From Isurus oxyrinchus (taxonomy: Eukaryota): a stretch of DNA of 57,383 nt. Where the stretch lies: positions 1,178,001 to 1,235,383 of the forward strand of contig JANJGN010000150.1 in the NCBI GenBank assembly GCA_026770705.1, in the 5' to 3' direction. The notes below the pieces were generated by a model. It was not told where the DNA came from. It was given only the letters and a program-made list of their open reading frames with translations, and did not search any database. Positions 21,728-35,975 of the stretch are shown here, in pieces (positions within the stretch are counted from its first letter, which is position 1; each line of letters opens with the position of its first letter). The position numbers and the translations under genes are program-made.

Positions 21728-22585
21728 GGAGGGGAGGGAGGACGGAGGATGGTGTGGGTGGGGGAGGGAGGGGAGGGGGTGGTGGTGTGGTGGGGGGGAT
21801 GGGAGGAGTGGGCGAGGGGAGGGGTGGGGTGTGGGGGTGGGGGGGAGGGGAGGGGTGATGGGGTGGGGGGAGGGGAGGGATGAGGAGGGGGAGGGGTGGG
21901 AAGGTGTGGGGGAGGGGAGGTGTGGGGGAGGGGAGGTGTGGGGGAGGGGAGGGGTGGGGTGTGGGGGTGGGGGGGAGGGGAGGGATGGGGAGGGGAGGGG
22001 TGGGAAGGTGTGGGGGAGGGGAGGTGTGGGGGAGGGGGAGGGGTGGGGTGTGGGGGTGGGGGGAGGGGAGGGATGGGGAGGGGAGGGGTGGGAAGGTGTG
22101 GGGGAGGGGAGGTGTGGGGGAGGGGAGGTGTGGGGGGAGGGGAGGGGGTGGGGTGTGGGGGTGGGGGGGAGGGGAGGGATGGGGAGGGGAGGGGTGGGAA
22201 GGTGTGGGGGAGGGGAGGTGTGGGGGAAGGGAGGTGTGGGGGGGAGGGGAGGGGTGGGGTGTGGGGGTGGGGGGAGGGGAGGGGATGGGGAGGGGAGGGG
22301 TGGGAAGGTGTGGGGGAGGGGAGGTGTGGGGAAGGGGAGGGGTGAGGGTGGGTGGGGTGTGGGTGGGGAAGGGGTGAGGGTGTGGGGGGTGAGTGGGTGG
22401 GGGGAGGGGTGAGGGTGTGGGGGCAGGGGTGAGTGTGAGGGTGTGGGGGTGGGTGGGGTGAGGGTGTGGGGGTGGGTGGGGTGAGGGTGTGGGGGGGTGG
22501 GTGGGGGCGGGGTGAGGGTGTAGGGGGTGAGTGGGTGGGGGAGGGGGGAGGGGGGGCGTGGGGGTGCGGACAGGGGGGAGGGAGG
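21728..22585. repeat. G-rich low-complexity tandem tract abutting the exon 13 acceptor
   Basis: Runs of GGGG separated by A/T with repeated ggaaggtgtgggggaggggaggtgtg units. Confidence 0.9.
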
Positions 22586-23177
22586 AGAATTAGAGCTACA
22601 CAGGAAAGAGATCCCGCGCTGGTTCGGGACATCGCCGAGCGCTTCCTCCAGCTGTGACCTCAGAAACACGGCCCAGCCAGATCCCAGAAACAGCAGCGGA
22701 TTTCCACTGACACCCCTGTTCCCCTCACAATAACCCTCCCTGCTGGGAGGCGTGGGGTCTTTAACCCCCCCAGCCCTGGGTGGTGGGGGTGCGGCGGAAC
22801 ACAGAATTAATTACCTCTGAAAGACGGCACCTCCGCTCTTAGGAATTGGCGACAAAATAAAAAAAATCCGAGGGTAAATCTCAAATGGAGGTGAAGGATC
22901 CCGCAGCCACGATTTGGAACAAGAACATTGTGCGGAGTTTGGGCGGAGGGGTTTTGCTCAGAATCCTGGGACTAATATTTTATGCCTCAAACTACGTCGC
23001 TGTAAAGATCCGGTTCATTGTCAGGTTGCCGTTTCTGGGATCTTGCTGTGCGCAATTCGGCTGCCGCGTTTCCGACATGACAACAGTGACCTCGCTTCAA
23101 GGCACCGGCAGCATTTTGGGACAACGAGAGGATGTTTTACTCTGCATTGCCGGCCTGGATCGCCGGGTCACAGCTTG

Positions 23178-24705
23178 AGGGGAGGAGAGAAAAGACAAAG
23201 ACACAGAGAGAGAGAGAGAGACATGGAGAGGGACAGGAAGAGACAAAGAATCAGAGAGAGAGAGACAGACGGAGAAACAGAGGGGGAGACAGTGGTGGGG
23301 AGATAGAGAGAGAGAGGCAGAGAGATAGAGAGAGTGAGAGAGAGTGAGAGGCGGGGAGGGGGAGATGGGCAGGAGGAGAGGGGCAGAGGGAGGGGGGGGG
23401 TAGGGAGAGAGGGGGAGGGAGTGAGGGGGAGGGAGTGAGGGGGNNNNNNNNNNNNNNNNNNNNNNNNNNNNNNNNNNNNNNNNNNNNNNNNNNNNNNNNN
23501 NNNNNNNNNNNNNNNNNNNNNNNNNNNNNNNNNNNNNNNNNNNNNNNNNNNNNNNNNNNNNNNNNNNNNNNNNNNNNNNNNNNNNNNNNNNNNNNNNNNN
23601 NNNNNNNNNNNNNNNNNNNNNNNNNNNNNNNNNNNNNNNNNNNNNNNNNNNNNNNNNNNGACAGCGAGAGAGAGGGACAGCGAGAGAGAGGGGACAGCGA
23701 GAGAGAGGGACAGCGAGAGAGAGAGAGAGACAGCGAGAGGGACAGCGAGAGAGAGAGAGAGAGACAGCGAGAGGGACAGCGAGAGAGAGGGACAGCGAGA
23801 GAGAGGGACAGCGAGAGAGAGAGAGAGAGACAGAGAGAGAGAGAGACAGCGAGAGAGAGACAGCGAGAGAGAGAGACAGCGAGAGAGAGAGACAGCGAGA
23901 GAGAGGGACAGCGAGAGAGAGGGACAGCGAGAGAGAGAGAGAGACAGAGAGAGAGAGAGAGAAACAGCGAGAGGGACAGCGAGAGAGAGAGAGAGGGACA
24001 GCGAGAGAGAGGGACAGCGAGAGAGAGGGACAGCGAGAAAGAGAGAGAGAGAGACAGAGAGACAGAGAGAGAGAGACAGCGAGAGAGAGAGAGAGACAGC
24101 GAGAGTGAGAGAGAGAGCAAGAGTGCGAGTGAGTGTGAGAGAGATGGAGAGAGAGCGGGGCAGAGACAGAGGGACAAGGAGAGAGAGAGAGAGGGACAGG
24201 GAGAGAGAGAGAGACAGGGAGAGAGAGGGACTGAGAGAGAGAGACAGGGAGAGAGAGAGTGGGAGACAGAGGGAGACGGAGNNNNNNNNNNNNNNNNNNN
24301 NNNNNNNNNNNNNNNNNNNNNNNNNNNNNNNNNNNNNNNNNNNNNNNNNNNNNNNNNNNNNNNNNNNNNNNNNNNNNNNNNNNNNNNNNNNNNNNNNNNN
24401 NNNNNNNNNNNNNNNNNGGATAAGCAGAGAGAGAGATACAGAGGCAGAGAGAGAGATAGAGACAAAGGGAGATACAAGAGCAGACAGGCAGAGGCAGAGA
24501 GAGGGAGATATAGAGACAGACAGAGAGAGAGAGAGAAAGATAGGGACAGAGAGGCAGGCAGTGAAAGACAGAGAGCAATAGAGGCAGAGAGAGAGGTACA
24601 GGGACAGAGACAGACAGTGGGAGAGACAAGAGAATGGGAGAGAAAAGGGAGTGAGAAAGGGAGACAGAGAGATGGAGACAGAGATGGACAGAGAGAGAGA
24701 GACAC
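23178..24705. repeat. (GA)n-rich microsatellite region with N gaps (23444-23659, 24282-24417; next gap 24706-24892)
   Basis: GAGA and GACAGC repeats, N runs. Confidence 0.9.
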
Positions 24706-24959
24706 NNNNNNNNNNNNNNNNNNNNNNNNNNNNNNNNNNNNNNNNNNNNNNNNNNNNNNNNNNNNNNNNNNNNNNNNNNNNNNNNNNNNNNNNNNNNNNN
24801 NNNNNNNNNNNNNNNNNNNNNNNNNNNNNNNNNNNNNNNNNNNNNNNNNNNNNNNNNNNNNNNNNNNNNNNNNNNNNNNNNNNNNNNNNNNNGATGGGGA
24901 GACAGTGTTAAACCATTAAACCATGGCTCCCTCTAGTGGTTGCAAGTAGGATGCTGGAC

Positions 24960-25630
24960 TTTTTAAAATTCATTCACAAGATGAGTGTCTTTGGCAAGGC
25001 CAACAGTTGTTGCCCATCCCTAATTGCCCTTGAGAAGGTGCTGATGAGCTGCCTCCTTCAACTGCTGTACCCCATGTGGTGTAGGTACACCTACAGTGCT
25101 CTTAGAGAGGGAGTTCCAGGATTCTGACCCAGCGACAGTGAATATTTCCAAGTCAGGATGGTGAGTGACTTGGAGGGGAACTTCCAGGTGGTGGTGTTCC
25201 CATGTGTCTGCTGCCCTTGTCCTTCTAGATGGTAGAGGTCGTGGGTTTGGAAGGTGCTGTCGAAGGAGCCTTGCTGAGTTGCTGCAGTGCATCTTGTAGA
25301 TGGTACACACACTGCTGCCGCTGTGCGTCGGTGGGGGAGAGGCTGAATGTTTGTGGATGGGGTGCCAATCAAGCGGGGCTGCTTTGTCCTGGTTGGTTTC
25401 AAGCCTCTTGAGTGTTGTGGGAGCTGCACTCATCCAGGCAAGTGGAGAGTATTCCATCACACTCCTGACCTGTGCCTTGTAGATAGTGGACAGACATTGG
25501 GGGTGGGGAAGTCAGGAGATGAGTTCCTCTGTGCAGGGTTCTTGGACTCTGACCTGCTCTTGCAGCCACAGTAATGCAAAGGCTAGTTCAGTCCAGCTTC
25601 TGGTCAACGGTGAGCCACCAGGACGTTGAC
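24960..25630 (-). mobile_element. LINE 3' fragment of the second family
   Basis: Minus ORF MMEYSPLAWMSAAPTTLKRL matches the copy at 33690-34780. Confidence 0.85.
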
Positions 25631-26049
25631 GGTTTTGGAAGGATATATTTGCAGTGACAGGCCGTTTCTTTCACTTCCTGCCTAGTACCCACAAGGTTCT
25701 GGAACGCTCCCGGCAGATTGGGGGGTTAGAAAATGTAACCGCGCTGTTCAAGAGTGGAAGGAGAGATAAAACAGTGTGGCCTAACATCAGCTGCTGTGAA
25801 AAAAATAAGGCTGGGATCTGTTACTGAGGATGTGGTGAGAGGTCACAGAGATTCAGAACACGATTAGACAGAGTCAACTTGGTTTCTGAAAGGAAGCTGT
25901 GGTTGAGAAATCGGTTTGAGGATTTTGGAGAGTTATCTTTAACCAAGTCAATGAAAGGGTGAACTGGCGGATGTGGTCTCTCGATTTTCAGAAGTCATTC
26001 GAGCAGGTGCTACAGAGAAGTTTAAATGGGGCTCAGGGGATCGGGAGGA

Positions 26050-26530
26050 CAGTGGGAGCGCGGCAATGTCACTGGGCTAATGCTCTTGGGGGGGGGGGGG
26101 GGGGGGAGGGGGGCGTGGGTTCGAATCCCGCCAGGGCAGCTGGTGGGATTTAAACTCACTGAATAAAATCGGGAATTGAAACCCGGTCTCAGTGACGGTG
26201 ACCGCGAAACTGTCGTCGACTGCTGAAAAAAAAAACCCATCTGGGTCACTCATGTCTCCTTTAGGGGAGGGGAAAATCTGCCTCCCTTACCCGGTCTGGC
26301 CTACAACGTGGCTTCCCAGACCCCACGGAGATGTGGTTGACTCCTATCCGCCCCTCTGCAATGGCCGAGCGAGACCCCTCCTTTGTGCCGCACCATTATC
26401 GGGGGTGGGGGGGGGGGGGGGGGGGGTGCGTGGGTCACAGTGGTTGACCACCACCTTCTCAAGCCGCAATTAGGAACGGGACAATGAAAGCGCTGGCCCA
26501 GCCAGCGAGGCCCGGGTCCCGTAAACGAAT
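26050..26530 (+). mobile_element. tRNA-derived SINE, decayed
   Basis: B-box-like gggttcgaatccc; body aaacccatctgggtcactcatgtctcctttagggg...aaatctgcc; tail gctggcccagccagcga shared with the LINE 3' end. Confidence 0.65.
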
Positions 26531-26712
26531 GAGAGAAGATAAAGAAAAATGGCAGCGAGGCTTCCTTCGTCTTGTGCTCTTTGTGGGAGAGGTGTGGGGT
26601 GGGCTGTGGGTGGAGGGGGGGTCGGGGGGGGGTTAATGGAGCCCGCGGACGAGGGTGGTGGGAGATGGGGGAGGGGGGGGGGGCAACAGTCCAGCCTGTA
26701 GCAGAGACTTAC

Positions 26713-26867
26713 GTTGACACAGAAGAGAGTGGTCATCCTGTGCAGGTAGTTGGGGTTGCTGGACATGGCTAGAACCTTGGGAATGATGGTGTTCTGGGCC
26801 CAAACCTTGCCGAACTTCTGGGTGAGCTTCTTCAGGTTGTTAGTGGCGGCCTCGCGAATGGCATAGA
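26713..26867 (-). CDS. PPP2R1A: PP2A scaffold subunit A, exon 12 ([51 protein letters not shown])
   Basis: 155 nt, ttcAG/GTAAGT, conserved [11 protein letters not shown]. Confidence 0.95.
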
Positions 26868-27109
26868 CTGAAGGTGGAGCGGGGTTGGGGGGATGGGGTG
26901 GGGAGAGAGGGGGTGGAGAGGTCGGGGGGAGAAAAGGAAAGAGTCACAAACCAAACTGGAAAAATCTCCACCCAGCACCATTGCCTGGCAGCCCTGTACC
27001 ACTCTCGTCAGCACAGCCCCTCACCTAGCGACAGCCCTTCATAATATTCCTTAGTGACACCAGGCAAGGTAACTGAGTTCTAATGTTGCACTTAATCTCT
27101 AACACATCG

Positions 27110-30100
27110 GGTCCACAGCACAGAAACAGGCCATTCGGCCCATCTGCTCCGTGCTGGTGTTTCTGCTCCACACGAGCCTCCTCCCACCTCCTCTTCATCT
27201 CACCCCATCCCCATATCCCTTCTATTCCTCTCTCCCTCATGTGTTTATCCAGCTTTCCCCCTTAAATACATCCATACTATTCAACTCCACCACTCCCTGT
27301 GGGAGCGAGTTCCACATTCTCCCCACTCTCTGGGTAAAGAGGTTTCTCCTGAATTCCCCCATTGGATTTATTAGTGACGATCTTATATCGATGGCCCCTG
27401 GTTCAGGCCTTCCGCCCCCTCAAATGGAAACACCTTCCCTACGTCCACGCTATCAAAACGACCGCCCCCACCCTCCCCCTCCCCCTCCCCTCCCCACCGG
27501 CCACTTCCTCACTTTGATCAAGGAAGCGTTACGAGTGCAACTGGAAATACTTCCCCTCAGCTGCAGGGAGCTGGGGAGAGGTGAAGATCAGGCAGCTTAG
27601 ACAGGGTCGCAGTCTAAAAAGGTAAAGGGACAGCAAAAGACTGAACACAGGAGCATGTTGCGGCTTCTGATAAAACGGCGATTGGAGCAATTACTCTGCC
27701 AGGGACTGCAGTGCAATAAAATGCCGCGTGGAACACCTGGGTGCAGTTTTGGTCTCCTTACTTAAGCAAGGATATACTCGTATTGGAGGCGGCACAGTGG
27801 AGGCTCACTAAAATTGGTTCCTGGGGATAAGGGGGTTGTCCTGTGATGAGGGGCTGAGTAAATCGGGGTCTATACACTCTGGAGTTTAGAAGAACCTACA
27901 ATATTCTGAAGGGGCTCGAGAGGGTGGATGCGGAGAGATTGTTTCCGCTGGTCGGGAGGCTCAAACACACTGGGCGAGGCAGGGGGGGCACAGTCTCAGG
28001 ATAAGGGGCCGATCATTTAGGTCTGAGATGAGGAGGAATTTCTTCCCTCAAAGGGTGGTGAATCTTTGGAATTCTCTGCCCCCCCCCACCACCCCCCACC
28101 ACCCCACCGCAACCGAGGGTTGTGGATGCTCCTTCGTTGAACACGTTTAAGGCTGCGACAGGCAGAATTTCGGTCTCTGGGGGAATTAAGGGATATGGGG
28201 AGCGGGCGGGAAACTGGGGTTAAAGCCCAGGATCAACCATGATCGCACTGAATAGCGGAGCAGGCTTGACGGGTCCTATCCCTTGCGCTCTGGTATTTTG
28301 TGTCACATGCCATCGGCTCGGTGACGGGGATGCGATGAGAGGAGCTGGAATCAGTCCGTCCTCAGGAACCAGCCCGAGGACCTGGGGCAGCTATTACTGC
28401 TGGCCAGTCGTTGCCCCTCTGAGATCAGGCAAAACCCCGAGAAGCACTGAGAACCACCAGAAGGAGTGTGTAGAGCTTCAAGAGGACGTAGACAGGTTGG
28501 TGGAATGGGCGGACAGGTGGCAGGTGAAATTTAATGCAGAGGAGTGTGGACTGATTTATTTTGGTTCGAAGAACATTGGAGAGGCAGTATAAAATAAGGG
28601 TGCAACTCTAAAGGGGGTGCAGGAGTGGAGGGACCTGGGTGTATAGGTCACTGAAGGTGGCAGGACAGGTTGAGAGCGTAGTTAATAAAGCATACAGTAT
28701 CCTGGGCTTTATTATTAGTGGCACAGAGTACAAGAGCAGGGAGGTTATGTTAAACGTGTACAAAACACTGGTTCATCCTCAAGTGAAGTACTGCGTCCGG
28801 TTCTGAGCACCACACTTTAGAGGGATAATGAGAAGGCCTTAGAGAGAGAGAGAGTGCAGGAAAGATTCACGAGAATGGTTCCAGGGATGAGGGACTTAGG
28901 TTGAGAGATTGGAGAAGTTGGGACTGTTCTCCTTGCAGGTTCCAGCCCTTCAGATGCAGATCCCGGTACCTACCAAATGTGTTGAGCACTTCACCCTCAA
29001 TCACCAATTCGGCCATCAATCCAGATGCCCACCGCCCTCTCTCGGGGTGAAGAAGGTTTTTTTTTCATGTCCCCTCCAATCCTTCTACCAATCACCAAAT
29101 CTATGCCCCCCTGGGAACTGACCTCTCAACGAGGGGAAGCAAGTCTTTCCTGTCTAACGTATCTAGGCCCCTCATAATTCTGTACTCCTCAATTAGGTCA
29201 CTCCTCAGCCTCCTCTGTTCTAAGGAAAATATCCCCAGCCCAGCCAATCTTTACTCATAGTTGCAATTTTCAAGCCCCGGTAAATCTTGTAAATCTCCTC
29301 TGTACTCTCTACAGAGTAATGATGTCCTTCCTGTAATGTGGTGATCAGAACTGGACACAAAATTTCAGCTGTGTCCTAACCAGCGTTTTAAACGGTTCTA
29401 GCGTTACACCCCTGCTTTTGTATTCTATACTTTGCCCAATGAAGGAATTAGCTATGCTTATTGTATTTAATATTTCACACTCCTCCTCTTTAACTAGAAT
29501 GTCTGCATCCTTACTGAAGACAGAGACAAAGTACTCATTGAGAGCCCTGCCCACATCTTCTACATCAACCCACAAGTTATCATGTACATTTGATAGGGCC
29601 TACCCTTTCCTTAGCTATTTCCTTGCGCTTAATGTGCAAGTGTTTTGTGACTGTTATAAGCTTTCTTTTTATGCTTTACTCACCCTGTATGCATCTGGAT
29701 AACCAGGGGGCTCTAGATTTAGCAGCACCACCCTTTTACTTTGTGGGGAAATGTTTACACTGTGCCCGTAGAATCTCACTTTTGAGTGCCTGAGAGTGTG
29801 GTGGAAGCAGACTCAATCAAGGATTTCAAAAAGGAATTGGAGCATTATCTGAAGAGGCAAAATTTACAGGGTTACAGGGAGAAGGTGGGGGAGTGAGACT
29901 AGCTGAGAGCCAGCAGACACAAACGGGCCGACTGGTCTCTTTCTGTGCTGTGACCATGGCCTCGTTCAGTGCTGTAAGGTATGAGCGTACATTTGGCATA
30001 TAAAATAGGAGCAGAAGTAGGCCATTCGGCCCCTTGAGCCTGCTCTGCCATTCAATAAGATTATGGCTGATCTGTTTGCGTTTCGAATTCCCACATTCCT

Positions 30101-31025
30101 ATTCACACCCAATAACAGCCCTACCTGGAAGTTCCCCCACAAGCCACTCACCATCCTGACTTGGAAATATATCACCGTTCCTTCACTGTCGCTGGGTCAA
30201 AATCCTGCAGCTCCCTCCCTAACAGCGCGGTGGGTGTACCTACACCACAGGGACTGCAGCGGGTCAAGAAGGCAGCTCACCCCCACCTTCTCAAGGGGCA
30301 ATTAGGGATGGGCAATAAATGCTGGGCCCAGCCAGCGATGCACACATCGGGTAAATGATTTTTTTTTTTAAAAATTCCCTTGCCTAACAAAAATCTATCT
30401 ACTCCGCCTTAAACATATTCAGTGGCCCCCGCCTCCACCGCCTTCTGAGACAGAGAGTTCCAAAGTCGGACAACCCTTGAGAGAAAAATATTCTCCTCAA
30501 CTGTGTCCCATAAGGGCGACCCCTCATTTTAAACCGGTGCCCCCCCTAGTTCTGGACTCACACACAAGAGGAAACATCTTTTCCACATCCACCTTGTCAA
30601 GGCCGTTCAGGATCTCGTACACTTCAATCAGATCCCCCCCTCACTCATCTAAACTCTAGTGGAAACAAGCCCAGCCTGTCTAACCTACCCTCATTAGACA
30701 ACCCGCTCGTTCCAGGTGTCAATCTGGTAAACCTCCTCTGAACTGCTCCCAACGCGTCTACATCCTTCCTTAAATAAGGAGACCAAAACCGCGCACCGTA
30801 TTCGAGGCGCGGTCTCACCAATGTCCTGTATAACTGAAGCATAACATCCTTACTTTTATGTTCAATCCCTCTCGGAATAAAGGATGGGATTCCATTCGCC
30901 TTCCTGGTGACACGCTGAACCTGCAGACTAACTTTGTGTGACTCATGCACGAGAGCACCCAGATCCCTCTGCAGCTCGGAGTTGCGCAGCCATTCTCCGT
31001 TTAAGTAACACTCTGCTTTTACATT
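27110..31025. mobile_element. Cluster of decayed CR1 fragments in both orientations, plus a second-family LINE tail (30120-30360)
   Basis: ELQEDVDRLVEWADRWQVKFN (+), LVRTQLKFCVQF (-), LYRTLVRPRLEYGARFWSPYLRKD (-); several CR1 3' ends. Confidence 0.85.
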
Positions 31026-31192
31026 TTATGAACCATCGCCTCCTTCTGTGCTGTAACCATTCTATGATGTCAGGAGCCTGAGGCAAAAGCTCCCTCACAA
31101 GGTGGCTGCCTCTTAAATTAAACTGTACAACACTTATAGAAACGATGGTGACAATGGTATAGTAAGTGGATGACGCTGGTTCCCGTCCTTAC

Positions 31193-31253
31193 CGTGATCT
31201 ACCAGCCAGGCCATGCAGATCGCGTTTAACTTCTCATTGAAGAACTCAACACC
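31193..31253 (-). CDS. PPP2R1A: PP2A scaffold subunit A, exon 11 (GVEFFNEKLNAICMAWLVDH)
   Basis: 61 nt, cacAG/GTAAGG; translated by hand, absent from the ORF track. Confidence 0.95.
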
Positions 31254-31474
31254 CTGTGGAGGTAAAGGGACAGTTAAAGAGATGTCTAAAGTTGACACTT
31301 GTTCACTTCATGCAGCACACAGGTTAAATATCACACTGGCCACGTGTCACTAGCCTCCCAATCACACTGCCAGTCTCTAGCGGCCAAGAGATCCGAAGCC
31401 AAGGCACAGAAGCAGCTCCCTATGTTGCCGCAACAGCTATCCAAATGTCTTTATATATCCATCGGAATTCGAGG

Positions 31475-33090
31475 AGACCCATTCAGCCCATCAAGCCTGT
31501 TACACAGGAACAGGAGGAGGCCCATTCAGCTCCCTCGAGCCTGTTACACAGGAACAGGAGGAGGCCTATTCAGCCCAATTGAGCCTGTTACACAGGAACA
31601 GGAGGAGGCCCATTCAGCCCCTCGAGCTTGTTACACAAGAACAGGAGGAGGCCCATTCAGCCCCTCGGGCCTGTTACACAGGAACAGGAGGAGGCCATTC
31701 AGCCCCCTTGAGCCTGTTACACAGGAACAGGAGGAGGCCATTCAGCCCCTTGAGCCTGTTACACAGGAACAGGATGAGGCCATTCAGCCCCTTGAGCCTG
31801 TTACACAGGAACAGGAGGAGGCCATTCAGCCCCTTGAGCCTGTTACACAGGAACAGGAGGAGGCCATTCAGCCTCCTTGAGCCTGTTACACAGGAACAGG
31901 AGGAGGCCATTCAGCCCCCTCGAGCCTGTTACACAGGAACAGGAGGAGGCCATTCAGCCCCTTGAGCCTGTTACACAGGAACAGGAGGAGGCCGTTCAGC
32001 CCCCTCGAGCCTGTTACATAGGAACAGGAGGAGGCCATTCAGCCCCCTTGAGCCTCTAACACAGGAACAGGAGGAGGCTCAATCAGCCCCCTCGAGTCTG
32101 TTACACAGGAACAGAAGAAGGCCATTCAGCCCCTTGAGCCTGTTACACAGGAACAGGAGGAGGCCATTCAGCCCCTTGAGCCTGTTACACAGGAACAGGA
32201 GGAGGCCTATTCAGCCCAATCGAGCCTGTTACACAGGAACAGGAGGAGACCCATTCAGCTCCCTCGAGCCTGTTACACAGGAACAGGAGGAGGCCCATTC
32301 AGCCCCCTCAAGTCTGTTACACAGGAACAGGAGGAGGCCCATTCAGCCCCTTGAGCCTGTTACACAGGAACAGGAGGAGGCCATTCAGCCTCCTTGAGCC
32401 TGTTACACAGGAACAGGAGGAGGCCATTCAGCCCCCTCGAGCCTGTTACACAGGAACAGGAGGAGGCTATTCAGCCCCTTGAGCCTGTTACACAGGAACA
32501 GGAGGAGGCCATTCAGCCCCTTGAGCCTGTTACACAGGAACAGGAGGAGGCCATTCAGCCCCTTGAACCTGTTACACAGGAACAGGAGGAGGCCATTCAG
32601 CCTCCTTGAGCCTGTTACACAGGAACAGGAGGAGGCCATTCAGCCCCCTCGAGCCTGTTACACAGGAACAGGAGGAGGCCATTCAGCCCCTTGAGCCTGT
32701 TACACAGGAACAGGAGGAGGCCATTCAGCCCCCTCGAGCCTGTTACATAGGAACAGGAGGAGGCCATTCAGCCCCCTTGAGCCTCTAACACAGGAACAGG
32801 AGGAGGCTCAATCAGCCCCCTCGAGTCTGTTACACAGGAACAGGAGAAGGCCATTCAGCCCCTTGAGCCTGTTACACAGGAACAGGAGGAGGCCATTCAG
32901 CCCCTTGAGCCTGTTACACAGGAACAGGAGGAGGCCTATTCAGCCCAATCGAGCCTGTTACACAGGAACAGGAGGAGACCCATTCAGCTCCCTCAAGCCT
33001 GTTACACAGGAACAGGAGGAGGCCCATTCAGCCCAATCGAGCCTGTTATACAAAAACAAGAGGAGGCCCATCAGCCCCTTGAGTCTGTTC
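31475..33090. repeat. 42-44-bp CR1-3'-end-derived minisatellite with a 729-bp higher-order duplication
   Basis: Tandem units; matching ORFs recur at offset 729 (31877/32606, 32134/32863). Continues into a minus-strand CR1 3' UTR at 33090-33430. Confidence 0.95.
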
Positions 33091-33689
33091 TCCCATTCAA
33101 TGTGATCATGGCTGATGTGCGACCTATCTCCATGCACCCACCTTTTACTCCTTATCCCTTAATACCTTTGCCTAACAAAAATCTATCAATCTCCCCAATA
33201 TAATATGAACAATTTGATCTGAGCATCAAATGCCATTTGGGGAAGAGAGTTCCAAACTTCTCCCAGCCTTTGTGTGTAGAAATGTTTCCTAATTTCACTT
33301 CCGAAAGGTCAGCCTCTTATTTTTAGACTGCCCCCTTGTCCCAGACTCCCCACAAACAACGGAAATAGTTTCTATCAACCTTTGTTCTCATTAATATCTT
33401 GGTTCAAATCACCCGTTAATCTTCTAAACTCAGAGGAGAACAACTTCCCTTTGAATTCCACTCACTGTTGTAATGTTGGGTAACACAGCAGCCAAATTAA
33501 AAAAGGGAACTAACTGAGATAACGGCGAGCTTTCTTCACTTGTGTTTTGGATGAGACATTGAACCAAGGCCCCCGTCTGCCCTCTCGGGCGGGTGTGAAA
33601 GATCCCACGGCCACTATTTGGAGGAAGAGCAGGGGGTGTTCTCCCCGGTGTCCTGGGGCCAATATTTAATCCCTCAAACAACATCACTG

Positions 33690-34780
33690 GGCACTGGTTA
33701 GCCCAAGCAGCTGGTTGGAGTCACACCTAGCATAAAGGAAGACGGCTGGGGTTGTTGCGGGTCAATCATCTCAGTTCCAGGACATCACTGCAGGAGTTCC
33801 TCAGGGTAGTGTCCTTGGCCCAACCATCTTCAGCTGCTTCATCAATGTCCTTCCTTCCATCATAAGGTCAGAAGTAGGGATGTTCGCTGATGATTGCACA
33901 ATGTTCAGCACCATTTGCAACTCTTTAGATACTGAAGCAGACCATGTCCAAATGCAGCAAGACCTGGACAATATTCAGGCTTGGGCTAACAAGTGGCAAG
34001 TAACATTCATGCCACACTTGTACCAGACAATGACCTTCTTAAACTAGAGAGAATCCAACCATCTCCCCTTGACATTCAATGGCATTACCATCGCTGAATC
34101 CCCCACTATCAACATCCTGGGGACCACCATTGACCAGAAACTGAACTGCATCAGCCACATAAATACTGTAGCTACAAGAGTAGGTCAGAGGCTGGGAATC
34201 CTGCAGCGAGTAACTCACCTCCTGACTCCCCAAAGCCTGTCCGCCATCTACAAGGCACAGGTCAGGAGTGTGATGGAATACTCCCCACTTGCCTGGATGA
34301 GTGCAGCTCCCACAACACTCAAGAAGCTCGACATCATCCAGGACAAAGCAGCCCCGCTTGATTGGCACCCCATCCGCAAACACTCACTCCCTCCACTACC
34401 GACGCACAGTGGCAGCAGTGTGTGTACCATCTACAAGATGCACCGCAGCAACTCACCAAGGCTCCTTCGACAGCAACTTCCAAAACTGCAACCTCTACCA
34501 TCTAGAAGGACAAGGGGAGCACACACATGGGAGCACGATCGCCTGTAAGTTCCCCTCCAAGACATTCACCATCCTGACTTGGAAAATATTGGCCGCTCCT
34601 GCACTGTGACTGGGTCAAAATCCTGGAACTCCCTCCCTAACAGCGCTGTGGGTGTACCTACAAAACATGGACTGCAGAGGTTCAAGAAGGCAGCTCACCA
34701 CCACCTTCTCAAGGGGCAATTAGGGATGGGCAATAAATGCTGGGCCCAGCCAGCGAAGCCCACATCCCCCGAACAAATCA
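33690..34780 (+). mobile_element. LINE (second family) RT domain to 3' end, 5'-truncated
   Basis: GVPQGSVLGPTIFSCFIN...MFADDCT, then YKAQVRSVMEYSPLAW; A-rich tail at 34780-34800. Confidence 0.9.
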
Positions 34781-35004
34781 ATAGAAACAAAAAAAAAAAA
34801 ATCAGATGATCTGGGTCATAATCCCCTTGCTATTTTTGGGATCTTGCTGTGCACAAATTGGCTGCCATGTTTCTTACATTACAAAAGTGACCACATTTCA
34901 TAACAAGTCCTTCATTGGCTGTGAAACACTTTGGGACGTCCAGAGGTGGGGAAAGGAGCTAGAGAAATGCAAGCCTGTCTTTCTCACTTGACTAAATTAG
35001 GTCA

Positions 35005-35975
<971 letters not shown>

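Noticed and set aside
21500-24919. Pro-rich, Gly-rich and Ser/Leu or Arg/Glu ORFs (also 35156-35988 and 55648-57383)
   Set aside because: Low-complexity tracts and N gaps; only the embedded PP2A exons are real.
31299-33105. EPVTQEQEEA-repeat ORFs (also 43877-45660)
   Set aside because: Minisatellite translations that shift frame with unit length; no splice or homology support.
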